Source: Balanoglossus misakiensis (lineage: Eukaryota > Animalia > Hemichordata). Taken from it: 64,000 bases of DNA. Under the pieces are notes generated by a model that searched no databases, was not told the origin of the DNA, and saw nothing but the letters and a program-made list of their open reading frames with translations. Location of the stretch: positions 8,751,200 through 8,815,199 of the forward strand of contig CM082593.2 of assembly GCA_040954595.2 (NCBI GenBank), read 5' to 3'. This document shows, in pieces, positions 14,397 through 28,100 of the stretch. Position 1 is the first letter of the stretch. Each line of letters begins with the position of its first letter. The position numbers and the translations under genes were made by a program.

Positions 14397-15311
14397 CATC
14401 AGCAACCACAGCCTTCACATATATTATTCTGATAGCAGGCATTTATAACAATAAAGTAAAGTTATATTAAACATATCTTTTTCCAAATAAACATCTGCAG
14501 TACATATAAATGTATGTACACATACATGTATACAGTCAAAATACATGTAGAAAGGCCATGATTTTGGGAAAGCAATTCATCACTACATGTATATTGTAAT
14601 TAAAACTACATGACTATAATTTCCACATAAATTTGTGATTTTAAATATTGTACATGTACTAAGAAAGTTACCCTTTTCATTTTTAGTTGGACCTCTACAT
14701 GTATGTGGGAAGTGTGGTGAAAGGGTAATGTAGTTCTAGTCACTTCACTTGTTCAAGTCTTAGTCAGTAAAGTGATAATTTTGTGTCCCATTACAATGAT
14801 TTCAATTTTAAGAGGACTTTATAAAATACTGTAGCATCACCTGTTTTAAGGTCCCCGGCAGCGGTTCAGTTAGATTTTTTTTCCTTTGCATAACTCCAAA
14901 ATGGATGATTGAAATGAACAACAATAACATTTAGTGTGACTGACATCATTCCAATCCATGCAGGGCAGATCACCCATTGACAAAGTGCTAGGGATTACAG
15001 TGTGTACAGTTTGTCAACAGAGGGTGAATCTTCTGATCAATCTGTGTACGTGTAGATGAAACACTGCAGACTAGATATCAACAGGTGTGTTTAAAATACA
15101 GGCAGTTGTTTTTGTAAATTTCTCACAGTCACACTAAGATGCCTACAGTTGAGAATAGAATCATGTATATATGTATATGGGATTTGAACTTCTGAACTTC
15201 GGCATGATTCAACATACCACAAATACAAAATATCATCCCAATTCTGAGGGCACCATCATACATACACATATCTTGATATGACTATTATTTCCAGTGGTAA
15301 TTTTTAATTAT

Positions 15312-15888
15312 ATTATATCATGCTACAGTCCGCGATTCTGATTGGACGAGAGCTGAATCCAGCCATGGTAAAATACTGTTTTACCATGGCTAGCAGTGGT
15401 AAAATGGGCCCCTGAACTAGCATACGGCAGCAAAATGGGCGGTTAAACCACAGTCGCGCGTGTTTAAACCAAATAAATAAAACAAAAATAATGTTGAATT
15501 AATGGACGTTTTATTTTGGAACTGCTCTGTGGATATAGTTGTCACTTTGCCGCGCGCGAAGTCCGTCTTGTCACTTTTTTGATGTCTGCTTCGTGTTTAA
15601 TGCTCGATCCAGGGCCGCTCGTGTTTACATTCGTCGTCGCCATGTTGGTTCACGATCGTAATTTCTCTTTCTGACACCGTTTCGGTAAGAAAATGACACT
15701 GATATGCCACAAAAACAGTTGTTGATATAATATAATAGCAATAACCCCCGCCTCAGTCGGGTATACACTCGATTTGGGTACAATTCGCTCCATATAGCAC
15801 TCGCCTGTAGGCTCGTGCTATATCATATATGTCTCGAATTGTACCCAAATCTTCAGTATACCCGCCTGCGGCGGGGGTTATTGCTTAA
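15312..15888 (-). mobile_element. Family F element, inverted copy
   Basis: Reverse complement of 10567-11135 over ~570 bp. Confidence 0.75.
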
Positions 15889-17351
15889 ACACATGATTCG
15901 GGTGCCATGTGGCTGACTTGGAATGTTAAGAGTTTCCCAACCTTTTACGCAATCCCATGTTCCAAAACTTGAAAAATCCATCAGGAATTTGCCTAATTAA
16001 TGTTCTCCATGAAATTACATGTACTTGTTACCTGTATGTACTGGAACTACTGCAATGTATAATACTGGTACTTACTCAGTTACTGTGTATCAAATAATGT
16101 GAACAAAGTACATGTAATTGTTCCTGTTCTTTATTCAACAGACATTTTTTTATTGAACGCATATTTCATAGTTCGACTGATTAAGTCACTTGCAATTGTG
16201 TGGGTTGATGATTTGACATTTTACTTGCATCATATTTTGTATGTGATGTAATGACTAATTGAAAATTACAGAGCATTTGTCTTGCACATATGTTAACCGT
16301 GTGTGTGTCCTATTGTCTTTTAGATGTTATTATACTCCTGCCATAACCTACATGTATCACCAAATCCTGGCTAATCTGGAAACGTGCTGTATATTACCGA
16401 ACAACTTTCCAGACCCCTTGACATACAAAAATGTAGAGCCACTTGTTAAAATAACCTCTACAAACCAGTCACCTCTGTGAACCGAACAATTACTTTTGTC
16501 CTTCGGTGTTCAGTTTAGACAGGTTTTAGTTTACTGTACTTGTGCAGTATATGGAGCCCTGGTGCAGCTGATGTGTTCATTTGTGTGTGCATTCTGAGTC
16601 AATGATTGAAGTGTTCTGCTACATGCAGCTGGATGCTGATTGTGTAACAATTTTCTTCAGTACTCGTCTGCTTTTTGATTCCAGATGATCCATCCCACCT
16701 CAAGCTGACAATGTAAAACTTGTAGTTTTGTGATTTTGGTACTTAATCCCCGAAAATTATAGAATTTTTCCCAAATTCACAATTTTTTAACAGAACATTC
16801 ATTATGTATTTATGTCATGTGTTAGACAAAACAATTTGATTTTATTTAGTTTCTCAAAATTGGTCAGAATGTAGTTGTATTGTTTTTTCAGTGATAAATA
16901 CTTTGATGTTATTGTTACTAGGGGATAGTTGTCTTGCTGTGTGGGTACCTGGTATGCTTCTTCACAAGGCTGATTATCTAATCTTATCTTATCAAATCAA
17001 ACGATAAAAATGTTTTTGTCCCATGAAGGTAATGGCCAGACTTACAAACAAGCTACATACCACATTGATAAAAGTACACGCAGACCTGGATGTATTTCAA
17101 GCAGTATTGTCTGTACAGTGTCTTTCAATTTCCACTTTTGAAACAAAAGTTTAGCCTGCTTGTATTCAGGCCCAGTAAGAAAAACATTCTGTTCCTTGGA
17201 CAAATGAGCTGAACAATTGTATTGATGATTGAAATTCAACAATTGGTCCATTGAGTGTACAGGGAATTTCAGGTTATTACAACAGGATAGTTTAAGAAAA
17301 TTGCAAAACTACTGTTTTCTGTGAGAGAAGTCACAGTTTAAGCAATTGATT

Positions 17352-17635
17352 TTAAAGCCTCTAGAGCTGCCAAATTTCAAATATTTTTTGATCGCTATCC
17401 TTTAAAATCCTCACCACTACGCTAATATTACTTGTATTTGCATCAGTTTGTCATTCTTTGCGACATAATACCACGATACTAGCTGTGCACTGTTTGTATG
17501 GAGGCTGATTAAATGGGTGCAGCACCAGTTTAATATATAGTGTGTTCAAATTGTAACATACAGCCACAATCGGGCGTTGATGAGATGTTCATGTATACCT
17601 ATCACTAGTATCAGAAAGCTTATTTCGATGTATTT
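17352..17635 (+). mobile_element. Kolobok-like MITE family B (partial)
   Basis: TTAAAGCCTCTAGAGCTGCCAAATTT; colinear with 29658-30015. Confidence 0.65.
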
Positions 17636-17700
17636 GGCATGAATTCTTGGGATGACTATTGCTTAGGTTTTTTGGATGGAGAAAAATGTGCACTTTTGTG

Positions 17701-17897
17701 TACAGTTGAACCTGTCTATAGTGGCCAGTCAACGGACTTTCCTAAACTGGCTTTGTAGATACATTTAGGTGGCCTTTATAGACAGGTCAATTAATGCACA
17801 GTCATGTAAATTGCACAGGGACTGTAACAAAGTGGTCACTATAGTCAAGTGGCCACTATAAAAAGGTGGTCACTGACATACATGTAGGTTTGACTGT
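17701..17897 (+). mobile_element. Tigger/pogo-like MITE family E
   Basis: TACAGTTGAACCTGTCTATAGTGGCC...GGTTTGACTGT; inverted copy at 18731-18907 and a copy at ~54695-54845. Confidence 0.65.
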
Positions 17898-18730
17898 TTG
17901 CCATTTTCTTTAAAGAAACTACCTGGCCAGTAGCTTTAAAATCATCTGAATAATAATATTATCGGTTGATCTGCATGACTTGGTAGGGCTGGTACATCGC
18001 GTCCCCAATCAACCCATTTAATGCAAAGAATTTCCATCAACAGCTTCAAAGTGGTGCAGACTAATTAGAGCATAGGTTGAAATTTTAGTGTGATAACAGT
18101 TGTTGACATGCATGAGCAGTGCAGATTGGAATCTTTCACTGAACCTGTATTTTTGGACTAACAGCTGTCTGTTTACTGAAATCTTTCATACCCAGGGTTC
18201 TCCCCAGAGCAATTACAGAGTGTGGGCCACTACACTGTAACTTTTGGAAAACAGTATGATGGCAATTTTCTATATTATGCTAATTAGTCACCATTCTGTC
18301 AGAAAATCCTGGGGAGAACACTTCGCTAATCAAGCTAATCTACATCTGTCGCATAAAAACCTTACAAGGATGAACTTACATGTACCTGTTCATAAATTTG
18401 TGTTCTCCACAAACTTTGAACCATAGCTGATATTACTCTGTACATGTATAGTCTACAGTATTTTGTAAGGTTCATTGCAGCTGAACAAACAACTGGACAA
18501 CACAAGTACATGTACTGGCCAAAGACATCGATTTCTGTTAAAATGAAGTTTACTGCTTTCTTTTGATTATCATTAAACCTCCCAGTTTAATATCATCACA
18601 AAGAAAATATACATTTCCAAGAAATCTGTTGAGTTCTGCCTAATCTCTATGTGCAGTAGGCTGAGTGTATACAGTGCAGTAACAGGTACAATGTGATTGG
18701 CTGCTCACAGTCTATTTGTCACATGATATA

Positions 18731-18907
18731 ATAGTCAAACCCCTCTTTAATAGTGGTCACCTCTATATAGTGGCCACTTTGTTACAGTCCCTGTGCAATT
18801 CACATGTGCATTAATTGACCTGTCTATAAAGGCCACCTGTCTATAAAAGCCAGTTTATGAAATTCCCTTGACTGGCCACTATACAATGTAGACAAGTTCG
18901 ACTGTAC
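18731..18907 (-). mobile_element. MITE family E, opposite orientation
   Basis: Reverse complement of 17701-17897. Confidence 0.65.
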
Positions 18908-21900
18908 ATGGTACAGTGTACTTGTCAATCTTACAATCTGTCAAGGGAGGTTGGGGGGGGGGGGCTTGCCACTGTTTGCTGGTGAAACTGGAGCAGTAAT
19001 TGCTTCTCCAAGAGCAGCTGTAAACTACCAAGGTCACATTAGCTAGCGTTTGTATTTGATAGTAACGTAAATATATGGCCAACAGTGGCATTCGCTGCCC
19101 ATGTGGGTTCTGTATCCAAACTGACAAAATGAGACACTGTTTACTTTAAATAGGGTATTTATTGTCATTTTCCACTTCTAAACAACTCACGAGGGTACTG
19201 TATTAACATTTCAAGTTTTAATTCAACTGAAAATTAGTCAACATTAATACATCAAAAAGATGAGACGAAAGTCCAACTGATAGTGCAAACAACCAACCAA
19301 CCAACCAAACAAACAAACAAACAGGTTTGGTGCCAGTATACTAAGGTACCGTCCCACACAATCTACATAGTCTGCACTCCATATATAACTGTCCTGACAA
19401 ACTTGGCTACAAGTATGAATGTTTCATTGACGCCTAATGGTCACATCTACTGATCAAGAGTAACATAGAACATCTGTACATGCAATGATGCATAGAAACG
19501 ACATTTTCTAACATTGTTACATTTTCATGCATATACATGTTTTGGGGATAAATTTAATGTGAAATGTGACAAGTATGTCTAGAAGGAAGTATTCGTATTC
19601 TATGATTGGAATATGGATGTACATTTTGTAAATTTGTCATGAAATTATTTATAGATGTCTGAAATTAAAAAATCAAGGTACAAAATATACATGTAACCGT
19701 GGAATGTGTATTACCATGGAGGTTAATCACTCCAGATTCTGCTGTGTGTTTGGGTAATTTTGAAAAAAAGGACTGATTTCAGTGTACATGGAAGTCTACA
19801 CATGTAAATGAACTGATGAATGTGTAGACTGAACTGACTTTCTGCAACTTTCAAGTTTCATTTCAACCTGAGTTGACAAACAGCAACACCCCCATGGTGT
19901 AACATCAAATACAGGGGAGCCTGTCTAAACTGAACATCAAATGTACTGAAGAAATTATTTAGTTTGCAAAGGTGTCCAGTTTGTATGTAGAGGTTCTTTA
20001 ATATGTGGTTGACCACTTGCAGTGTTCTCCCCAGGATTTTCAGGCAGAGTGATGGTTAATTTACATAACAATATGGATAATTGTTATGTTAATGGTTTCT
20101 GATGTTTTCCAAAAACGGCCAGTGGGCTAAACTTGTGGTGTCTCTGAATTTGTGGGTCATCTAGCATAATAAATATCAATTGTAAAAGCATTGGGCTTGG
20201 TATGTCTTGCTGAGATCTCTGAAATTTTCATCACATCCCTACACAGAAGGTAAACCATAGTTCGTCACAGAGTGCCCGTACATATCTCTACCACACACTG
20301 GGGTCAATAGAGATACACATATATTTTATTTTTTAGATTTGAAACTTGCTCATTTGAAATTGGCTTGTGATTGCCATGTGTCAATACCATGAAAGCACAC
20401 ACGCAAATGCTAAATGTCATGCCTGGCTGTTTCCATGTGTTTTCTGCCTGTCACAAAAAAAATTCTACATCATGGCTGCTGTCTGCAGCATTGTTAATTA
20501 TCCTCTGGCTGTTCAGCCTTCTACTGTTTTCTGCTTGTATGTATTTTTAGTGAGGATAATAGTCTGGGCATGTATTTATAAAAAGCCAAGTTGTTAAATA
20601 TTCTAATTACATTAATAAGCAGGTTTACATTTCTGAATAAACCATCATGAGTAAGGGCTACTACATGTACCCGTACATGTGAAAGAAGTGAGGATTGATC
20701 CAAGACACTGCCGAACTAGAATCTTGTTTTCTATTTCTGTATTATTGGGCACAATGCAAAACAGCGTTTATTCCCAAAAGGTAGAGAGAAATTTTGTTAA
20801 CTCTAAGAGCGGCATTCTACCGGTATATAAATACGTAATGAACTGAACATATGTACATGTACATATTGTGACTGACATGTACACCCAAATAAAATTTTGA
20901 ACAGCGCCCTCTAGTGCTAGTCGACATACTAGCAACTTTCATGTTGTTTTCTGACAGCAGAACTACTGAAATATCACACTATTTTGTCCTGCAAAACTGT
21001 GAATACTTCAAGAAATAATTTTTGAGTGTGATATCTGTAGAAAGTAGAGCTGCATGAGTTACATATGTGTACAGTATAGGTTAAACTGACCGCAAAATAT
21101 AAAGGGCATGGGGAGGGGAATATGTGTATATGTATTGTATTATTAAAAGGGGAATTGTTTGATTGGAGGGAGGGGGCTGGAGGATTTGAGATTGTCAGCA
21201 ATTGTTTTTCAGCCACTGTTACAGAAATAATCTATTGCAAGTCTTACTTTTTTCAAGGCACTGCAGAACATTTTTTTCTCTGCACCATTTGCCAATTGTT
21301 TCCCCCCCCCCAAATAAATCCCCCATCCACCTCTTGAAATCAAATGTTTCTCTCCTAATTATGATAACTTTGGTATAAATCCAGCTTACTGATTGGATGA
21401 TGCTGGGCTTTATTTTCTGAAGTAGAACGAAGACCTTGGTCTAGATAATGCAGAATAATTTTGAAAAATGAATTAGAACATGTTGAAGAAAAGCATACCC
21501 AAATACACAAGTAGAACACACTTAAAATTTTATCGGCTGTTATGTAGCAGTCAATGTAATTCCAAAGGGAATGGAATCCCACCTCAGGCCATATGGCACA
21601 AATGTGAGAGATTAGACATGACGTTTGCATGATGGGGTGTGAAAATTACTTCGTATTGATCCCTATTTCATGATCAAGCGCAGAATTGTTTGGAGCAAGC
21701 AGGCAAAACACGGTTAGATACTAGGTACATGTAAGTGGGGGGGGGGGGGGGTTGACTTTGACTGCTGCAGTATGGTAAGGATACAAGATATACCTGTACA
21801 GTTGACAACAAACCAAAAACAGTCCCTTTCCGTTCCTCAACTGAAAAGCATTTGCCAATCATACATGATGACTTACATGTACTTGTGCAATATCCATTTT

Positions 21901-22109
21901 GGGAAAATCTCAATACCAACACTAACGTGCTCCAGTTGAAAAAAATGACTTTTCTCACACACGTTTTCTTTTGAAAGTGGCATCGATCTCCATGGATGTC
22001 AATGTACTGATTAACCTGCAGTAAAAGTGTTATCTCTGGTGATTTGCTTTCCATTACACACATCTCTCATTCCCTGCAACTGTTCATTGTCTTTCAGAAT
22101 AACTGAATA

Positions 22110-22182
22110 ATGAAGAAGAAAAACATATTGCAGATCGAGAACTGCCATTTGGTGATACTGGTTGTGCTGTTCCTGAAACATG
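22110..22182 (+). CDS. CDH23: Coding exon 1, signal peptide (exon begins 22098)
   Basis: Acceptor ctttcag|22098; MKKKNILQIENCHLVILVVLFLKH (basic then hydrophobic); donor G|gtaagt, phase 1. Confidence 0.8.
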
Positions 22183-25100
22183 GTAAGTTTTATCTGCACG
22201 GCTGATATATGTACATGTATGAAGAGTACATGCTGATAGTTAGTCGACAGTAGTTATCTGGGAAGGACTAATTGTTATCATCTACATTACATGCACGCTT
22301 ACATGTATGTGGTGGAATTATAGCAGACTCACACGGTTTGTTGAAGCTGTGGAGTTATTCCACAGCAAGGGTTTATGAAGACTCTCCACACTGGCACAGT
22401 CACTGTGCCTTGTTTTTTGTGTACTGAGTCGACATTCGAAGGCCGAGATAACGTCGGATGAGCTGCCAGACACAGCGACTGTCCGTTCTTGTAAGGTCAT
22501 GAATATTCATTAGTCAAAAGATACATCTTTGTTTCTTGCCTTATTCATGTACGATGAGTGAATGAATGAATGAACTAGACTCTTCTCCATGATTTTTTGA
22601 AAGTGACGGTCCTTGATTCAGTGAGTGTTAAATTTATTTCTCATTGGTGGATGCCTAGAGTTCTATAAAGTTCCCAGATCAGGCAGAAATCGCTGCCAGT
22701 CGCTTGCAAGAACGTCCTGACCTTAAGATTCTCGGCCCGTCTTGAGGACCAGTTGTGATAGACAGGGAAGAACGCGAATCCCAGGGTCTCTGCCAGACTA
22801 TAGGGTTCATGTAATGTGTTTGAGAGATTTAGGAAATAAAAGCCAATACCAAAAATGGCCTACGGTACTCCCAATCGGTCAAATATGTGACAAGTTGTAA
22901 AACCTGCAGCCTGTTGCATATGAAAGACAGATATCCACTAGAATAGCATATACAGAAAAACCTGACCTAAGCAAACCTTTTTCAATCTGGAAACTTGTCT
23001 ATACCGAACACCTTTCCCTATCCCTTTGACAGAGAAGCACATGTTAAAAGAGCCTCTATATTAAACCCGAAACTCCTCTATAAAACCGACCAGTTTCTTC
23101 ACTCCCTTTGGTGTTCATAAAGCTTGTTCTCCACATTTCTGTGAACACAGTATTTGTGATATTCTAACTGCATGATGAACTTTTTGTGTTTTATTGCAGT
23201 GTCGCTAGGACAAGCCAATCTTCCACCGTCATTTGTAGAAATTCCAGGCACAAATCCTGTGAAATATTATGATATGGATAAAGAGATTTTTAATGAAAAT
23301 CTTGAAGTGGGTAAGTGCTTGGTTCATTCTTCAGAATGTTCATATATTTATTTGTATGAAATATGTGGTAAAGCATGTGAATTATGTGATCATTTAATGG
23401 GTATAAAACAATGGCATCTGTACGGTAGGATAGGATGCGCAAGCCAGGATGCTCATGGCTTCTCTGTGACCAAAAGACCAGTGCTTCTCAAACCAAGCTG
23501 AATGCCAGTCTTGTTACTTTTTGTCGTCTGCTTCATGTTTAACGCTCGATCCCGGGCACCCGTGTTTACATTCATTGTTGCGAGTTTGGTTCGCATTCGT
23601 AACTTCTTTTTCTGACGCTGTTTTGGTAAGAAAATGACACTGATATGCCACAAAAACAATTGTTGATATAATATAATAGCAATAACCCCCTGCCTCAGTC
23701 GGGTATACGCGAGATTCGGGTACAATTCGAGACATATAGCACAAGCCGTTAGGCGAGTGCTATATGGAGCGAATTGTACCCAAATCGAGTGTTCAGGATC
23801 TTTAATGATATTGCATGCTTTTCTTTCAACTGCCTTATAGTGCGTATTTAGCAGAGAGATTTGACGGCAGCCTAGAAATTTTTCCGCCATTGTCAATATC
23901 TTTTTATTTTGTTTCTCTTTGCAGGTTCAGTGATATATACGCTTGAAGCGTCTGATCCTGAAAATGATCCTATAACATTTGATATCACCACAGGATCAGA
24001 TTTCTTTGCTATTTCAAGCCAAAATGATACACATGCGAACGTGGTTTTGATAAAGGAGTTGGATTATGAGGTATGATTTGGTCATTTGCGTTGTTGATTT
24101 GGCGGAGGGTCATACTAGTATCTCAACATAGGATACGCAGGTCCTAGAAAAATGAATACATGTAAAACATATTTTTATTGTAATTATTATGAATAAAAAT
24201 GGTAAAAAATATTAATAATAATAATAATTAGTATTAATAATTATTATTATTATTATCAAAAATAGCATTATTGTTATTGTAGTAGTTCTTGTTATCTATC
24301 ATGTGTTAAAATCCAACATACCTATGCATTCTGTCTCCCTGACACGACTGACTACCAATAGTCATGTTAGTACTGTACTGGCCAACTCTCCCAAATATAA
24401 AAATTACCAAGGGCTGCAAGTTGGTTTTTTACAACTGATTTTCATTTGCCCCCCAAAAAAACCACCAAGTCAACATCGGAATCGCTAAATTTCGACATGG
24501 GCCAACTTACAGTACTCACACTCGACAAACCTGATCCGTACTGTACCTCATATTGTACATAAAGCTGGAAAATCTACAGTTTCAATCTCGGAATGAATAT
24601 GACTGCCTGATTCAAAATTTGAAATCAACCAATCGCATTGTGTGTATCAGGAGAAGTCGTCATCCCTGAGCCGATACACGCTATGCGATTGTTTCTGATA
24701 GTCATCCAGGGAATGGTATTTTGCACCACTCTGTACTACAATGGTTGAGCCATGTACTTGGTGCTTTTTATCAGAATGTAGATATTGTGTTTTCTTTGAT
24801 TTTAGCACAAAAAAACCTCCCCCAAATCAGGTGACTTGTGGCTGGTGAAAAAGAGTTCTACATTATAGACTAAACAAATTCTCAGAAGACATATATGCAA
24901 AAATCACCCTTGGTGAATTCTCCGTTTAAGATATCAATGTTGTATTTTGGGGAGAAATTTAGTAATTTTTGGTTTTGGTACATTTTAGTATACATATAGT
25001 CAAGGCGGTGTGTGTCACGCGCAAAGCATCATGGGAGTTCCAACATGAGTAAGCGTTCATTTGACTTCCGGCTGGCCTTGAGTACACATGTTAGCAGTGT

Positions 25101-28100
25101 CTGGACGATCACTTTCTTTGAACCTTTTACGTAGGATATTTTGATTTTTGTGACACCGGACATTTAGTCGTGCACAGATTGGTACCAAGTTCGTTCTCTA
25201 AGATATTTTCGGCTCGCTTGACGATTTTAACCGTCTGTTCGGATCGATGTACTGGTCGCGGGGCTATGCGCATACGTCGACGGGGCGTAGCTGCATGATG
25301 GCCGCCGAGCGTGAAAAGCTTTACCGTAGGCCAACATACCGTTGCAGCTTTTATATTCGTTCTATTACAACTCAATTTTCTTCTCAAATATGTACAGTAT
25401 TTTTTTAAAATCCCACACCAAACCGCAAATAAACGAAAACCAGAAGACTTCTTTTTATTTTACGCACAATGAGTACAAGAAACCTACATGCATGTTTGTA
25501 AATATGTGGTTAGTTACGCAAGTCAAACGGCGCGCGTCCTTAACTACCACATGAAAAATCGTATGTAAGTGCTTGAAAGAAAATTTTACTGCCACTGGAA
25601 TGGTACCGAAGTGAGCGTAATGTCGTTGGTCTTTTTCAGGAATGTGTTGACTGTAATAGGGTTATTCTAAAATTTAGTATTACAGTAAGTTGCGATCACC
25701 ACGGCCTTCACATACGGAGAGGGAATGTGTTAGGCGCCTATGAGATAGTGCAGTTTCTAAATACGGTGAAATCGATAAAATAAAAGGGGCGCTTTGGGGC
25801 TCCCATGCAATTTCACACACATTACATATTAGTCTTTCAAAATATACTCATAACAAAGCTGTGCGCTCACTGTTTAGTCTGCCTGCTAACTTCAAACTAC
25901 GTCGTCCAAGTACGATCGTTGGCAACAGTACGCCATGATGCCAGCTGACATACCGAGTGAAAAAAAACCAAAAAATCGCGACTTGGAACAAAATCGATAG
26001 TACTTTCCTCACAGAACGATGCTAACATACATGAACTTATTAAAATTCGATTGTTTTTTTGTTCGAATGGAGTTTCCTTTACATAACCTACGAGAACATA
26101 AGTCGATTGCGCACAGAAAGCTACACGCGTGACACTGCTGGGTCGACCATGTTTTGCTGACTAAGAGCGGGTTAAACCGGAAGTGACGTTGTGACACTCA
26201 CCACCTTCATATAGTCAAGCTGCAACTGATAATGTACTGTAAAACCGGATATTTTCGCGAGCAATAAATTGTTGTGAAATACGCAAGAGCTAAAAAAAAT
26301 GTTTTTCAGAGATTACGATGCAGTGAAATACAAGAACGCGAAAATTAACCCTCGCATAACAGTTGCATGATTTGATAATCACTAAAATTTCCTGTCGCGA
26401 AGATTATCCGTTTTACAGTATCATGTATGGCATTTTTCATTCATAATTTCTCATCTTATGGGAGCAGTTTCATTGACTTTTTTTTTGTAATTCTCTCTGA
26501 CAGACAGATACTTCCCATGACATCACATGGACGCTCAATGATGGTGAAAACGTTGATGTAAGTATGCACTTTTTGTGCACATGTACTATACACATATTTC
26601 ATGGTAAAACCTGAATTGTTTTGTCCATATTCTGTTGTCAGTCTGTCCGTCCGTCAAAACATTAAAGAGTTGACAACTGGAGCCTGTATATCAGTGGAAC
26701 TTGGTGTGTGCATGGGATGTGCACTGTTGATGTGAGATCATTCAAATGAAGTTTTAAATTAGTGTAATTACCTCAAGAAATAAAATAAAGTAATGTGAAA
26801 TTTTGAGTAGAAAGTGTCAGGGGCTGATCTATTTACAGCCTCCCCGTGTGACATAGGTTGTACTATTAAAAAGAAATTTCTATCTTACTTTTGTCATTAT
26901 CTGACTGTACGTGTGTATTTTTCTCTTTGGCAGGTTGACGTACAAATTGCTGTGTATGTCACTGATGTCAACGATAATGCCCCACAGTTTGTTGGGGCAC
27001 CATACATAGGTTATGTTGATGAGGTAGGAATCATTTCATTTGTTGTGGGGTTATTCCCATGATCACTTGAAGTGGAGCTTTGCTACTACACTGGATATCA
27101 TGAACCACATAACGCACACGCGGCTTGTGTGGGACAAAAAATCCCCAACTTGTGAGAGTAATCGAATCTCACACCCCCAAGGACTTGGGATCATATTTCT
27201 CACACGAGTTGGGGATTTTTCGTCCCGCACGAGCAGCAGGCGAGTGTGGGACAGAATATCCCCGACGAGTGTGAGAAATATGATCCCAGGTCCTTTGTGT
27301 GTGGGATTATATTAAATTCATTAAAAAACATTGAATAAATGACTCTGGAACTGTCGTCTGGCACGTTGTAGCTCTGTCCCTATAATACACACCACGCCAT
27401 TGGATAACATTTAGTGCGCGTTAGCATAAGACGCTTTGTCAACCAATCAGCGCTCGCATCATATACAGCTTCCGATTAAGTAAGAGTGTGGGATTGATTT
27501 GTTCTCACACTCCTGGCGTGCTGGGAGTGTGGGATCAGAGTGTGAGACCAAATCAATCCCACACTCTCACAGAATCGAAATCTGATTGGATGACTAATGT
27601 GCACTAAAATGTTATCCAATGGCGTGATGTGTATTACACAGACAGAAATAACAACGTGCTAGACGACAGTTGCACAGTCAATTATTCAATGTTTCTAATA
27701 CCAATTTGGCTAATTTGTGGCCGTGTGAGAAATATATTCTCACACGGCCACAATTTTATAGGGAGGAGAACAAGAATATATAGTCTATACACAAATGTAG
27801 TTGATGTTAAAAAATGCCAGATAGTGATCCTTTGAGTTCAGATGAGTGACATGTACAGCAACTGAAACTGAATGTTATACCAAAAGTTTTGATGATTTAT
27901 CGCACATGTTCTTATTGTTTTCATATTCAAAGTTTAGTTTGTGACCTTTTGCATCAATTCAGCAGACCCACACATGCAAATGATTGCTTACATGCAATAT
28001 AACTCATTTATAATATTTGTCATTTTGTGTATATTTGCATAACAGGATGCAGAAATTGGACACACTGTGTTAACCGTGGCGGCAAAGGATGCAGATTCTT

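Noticed and set aside
4000-22097. Nested gene in the 18-kb first intron
   Set aside because: No ORF with recognisable protein features or consistent exon chain on either strand; small exons cannot be fully excluded by eye.
26501-26507. Alternative acceptor in CAGACAG
   Set aside because: The downstream AG shifts the frame by 4 nt; only 26504 preserves the ORF.
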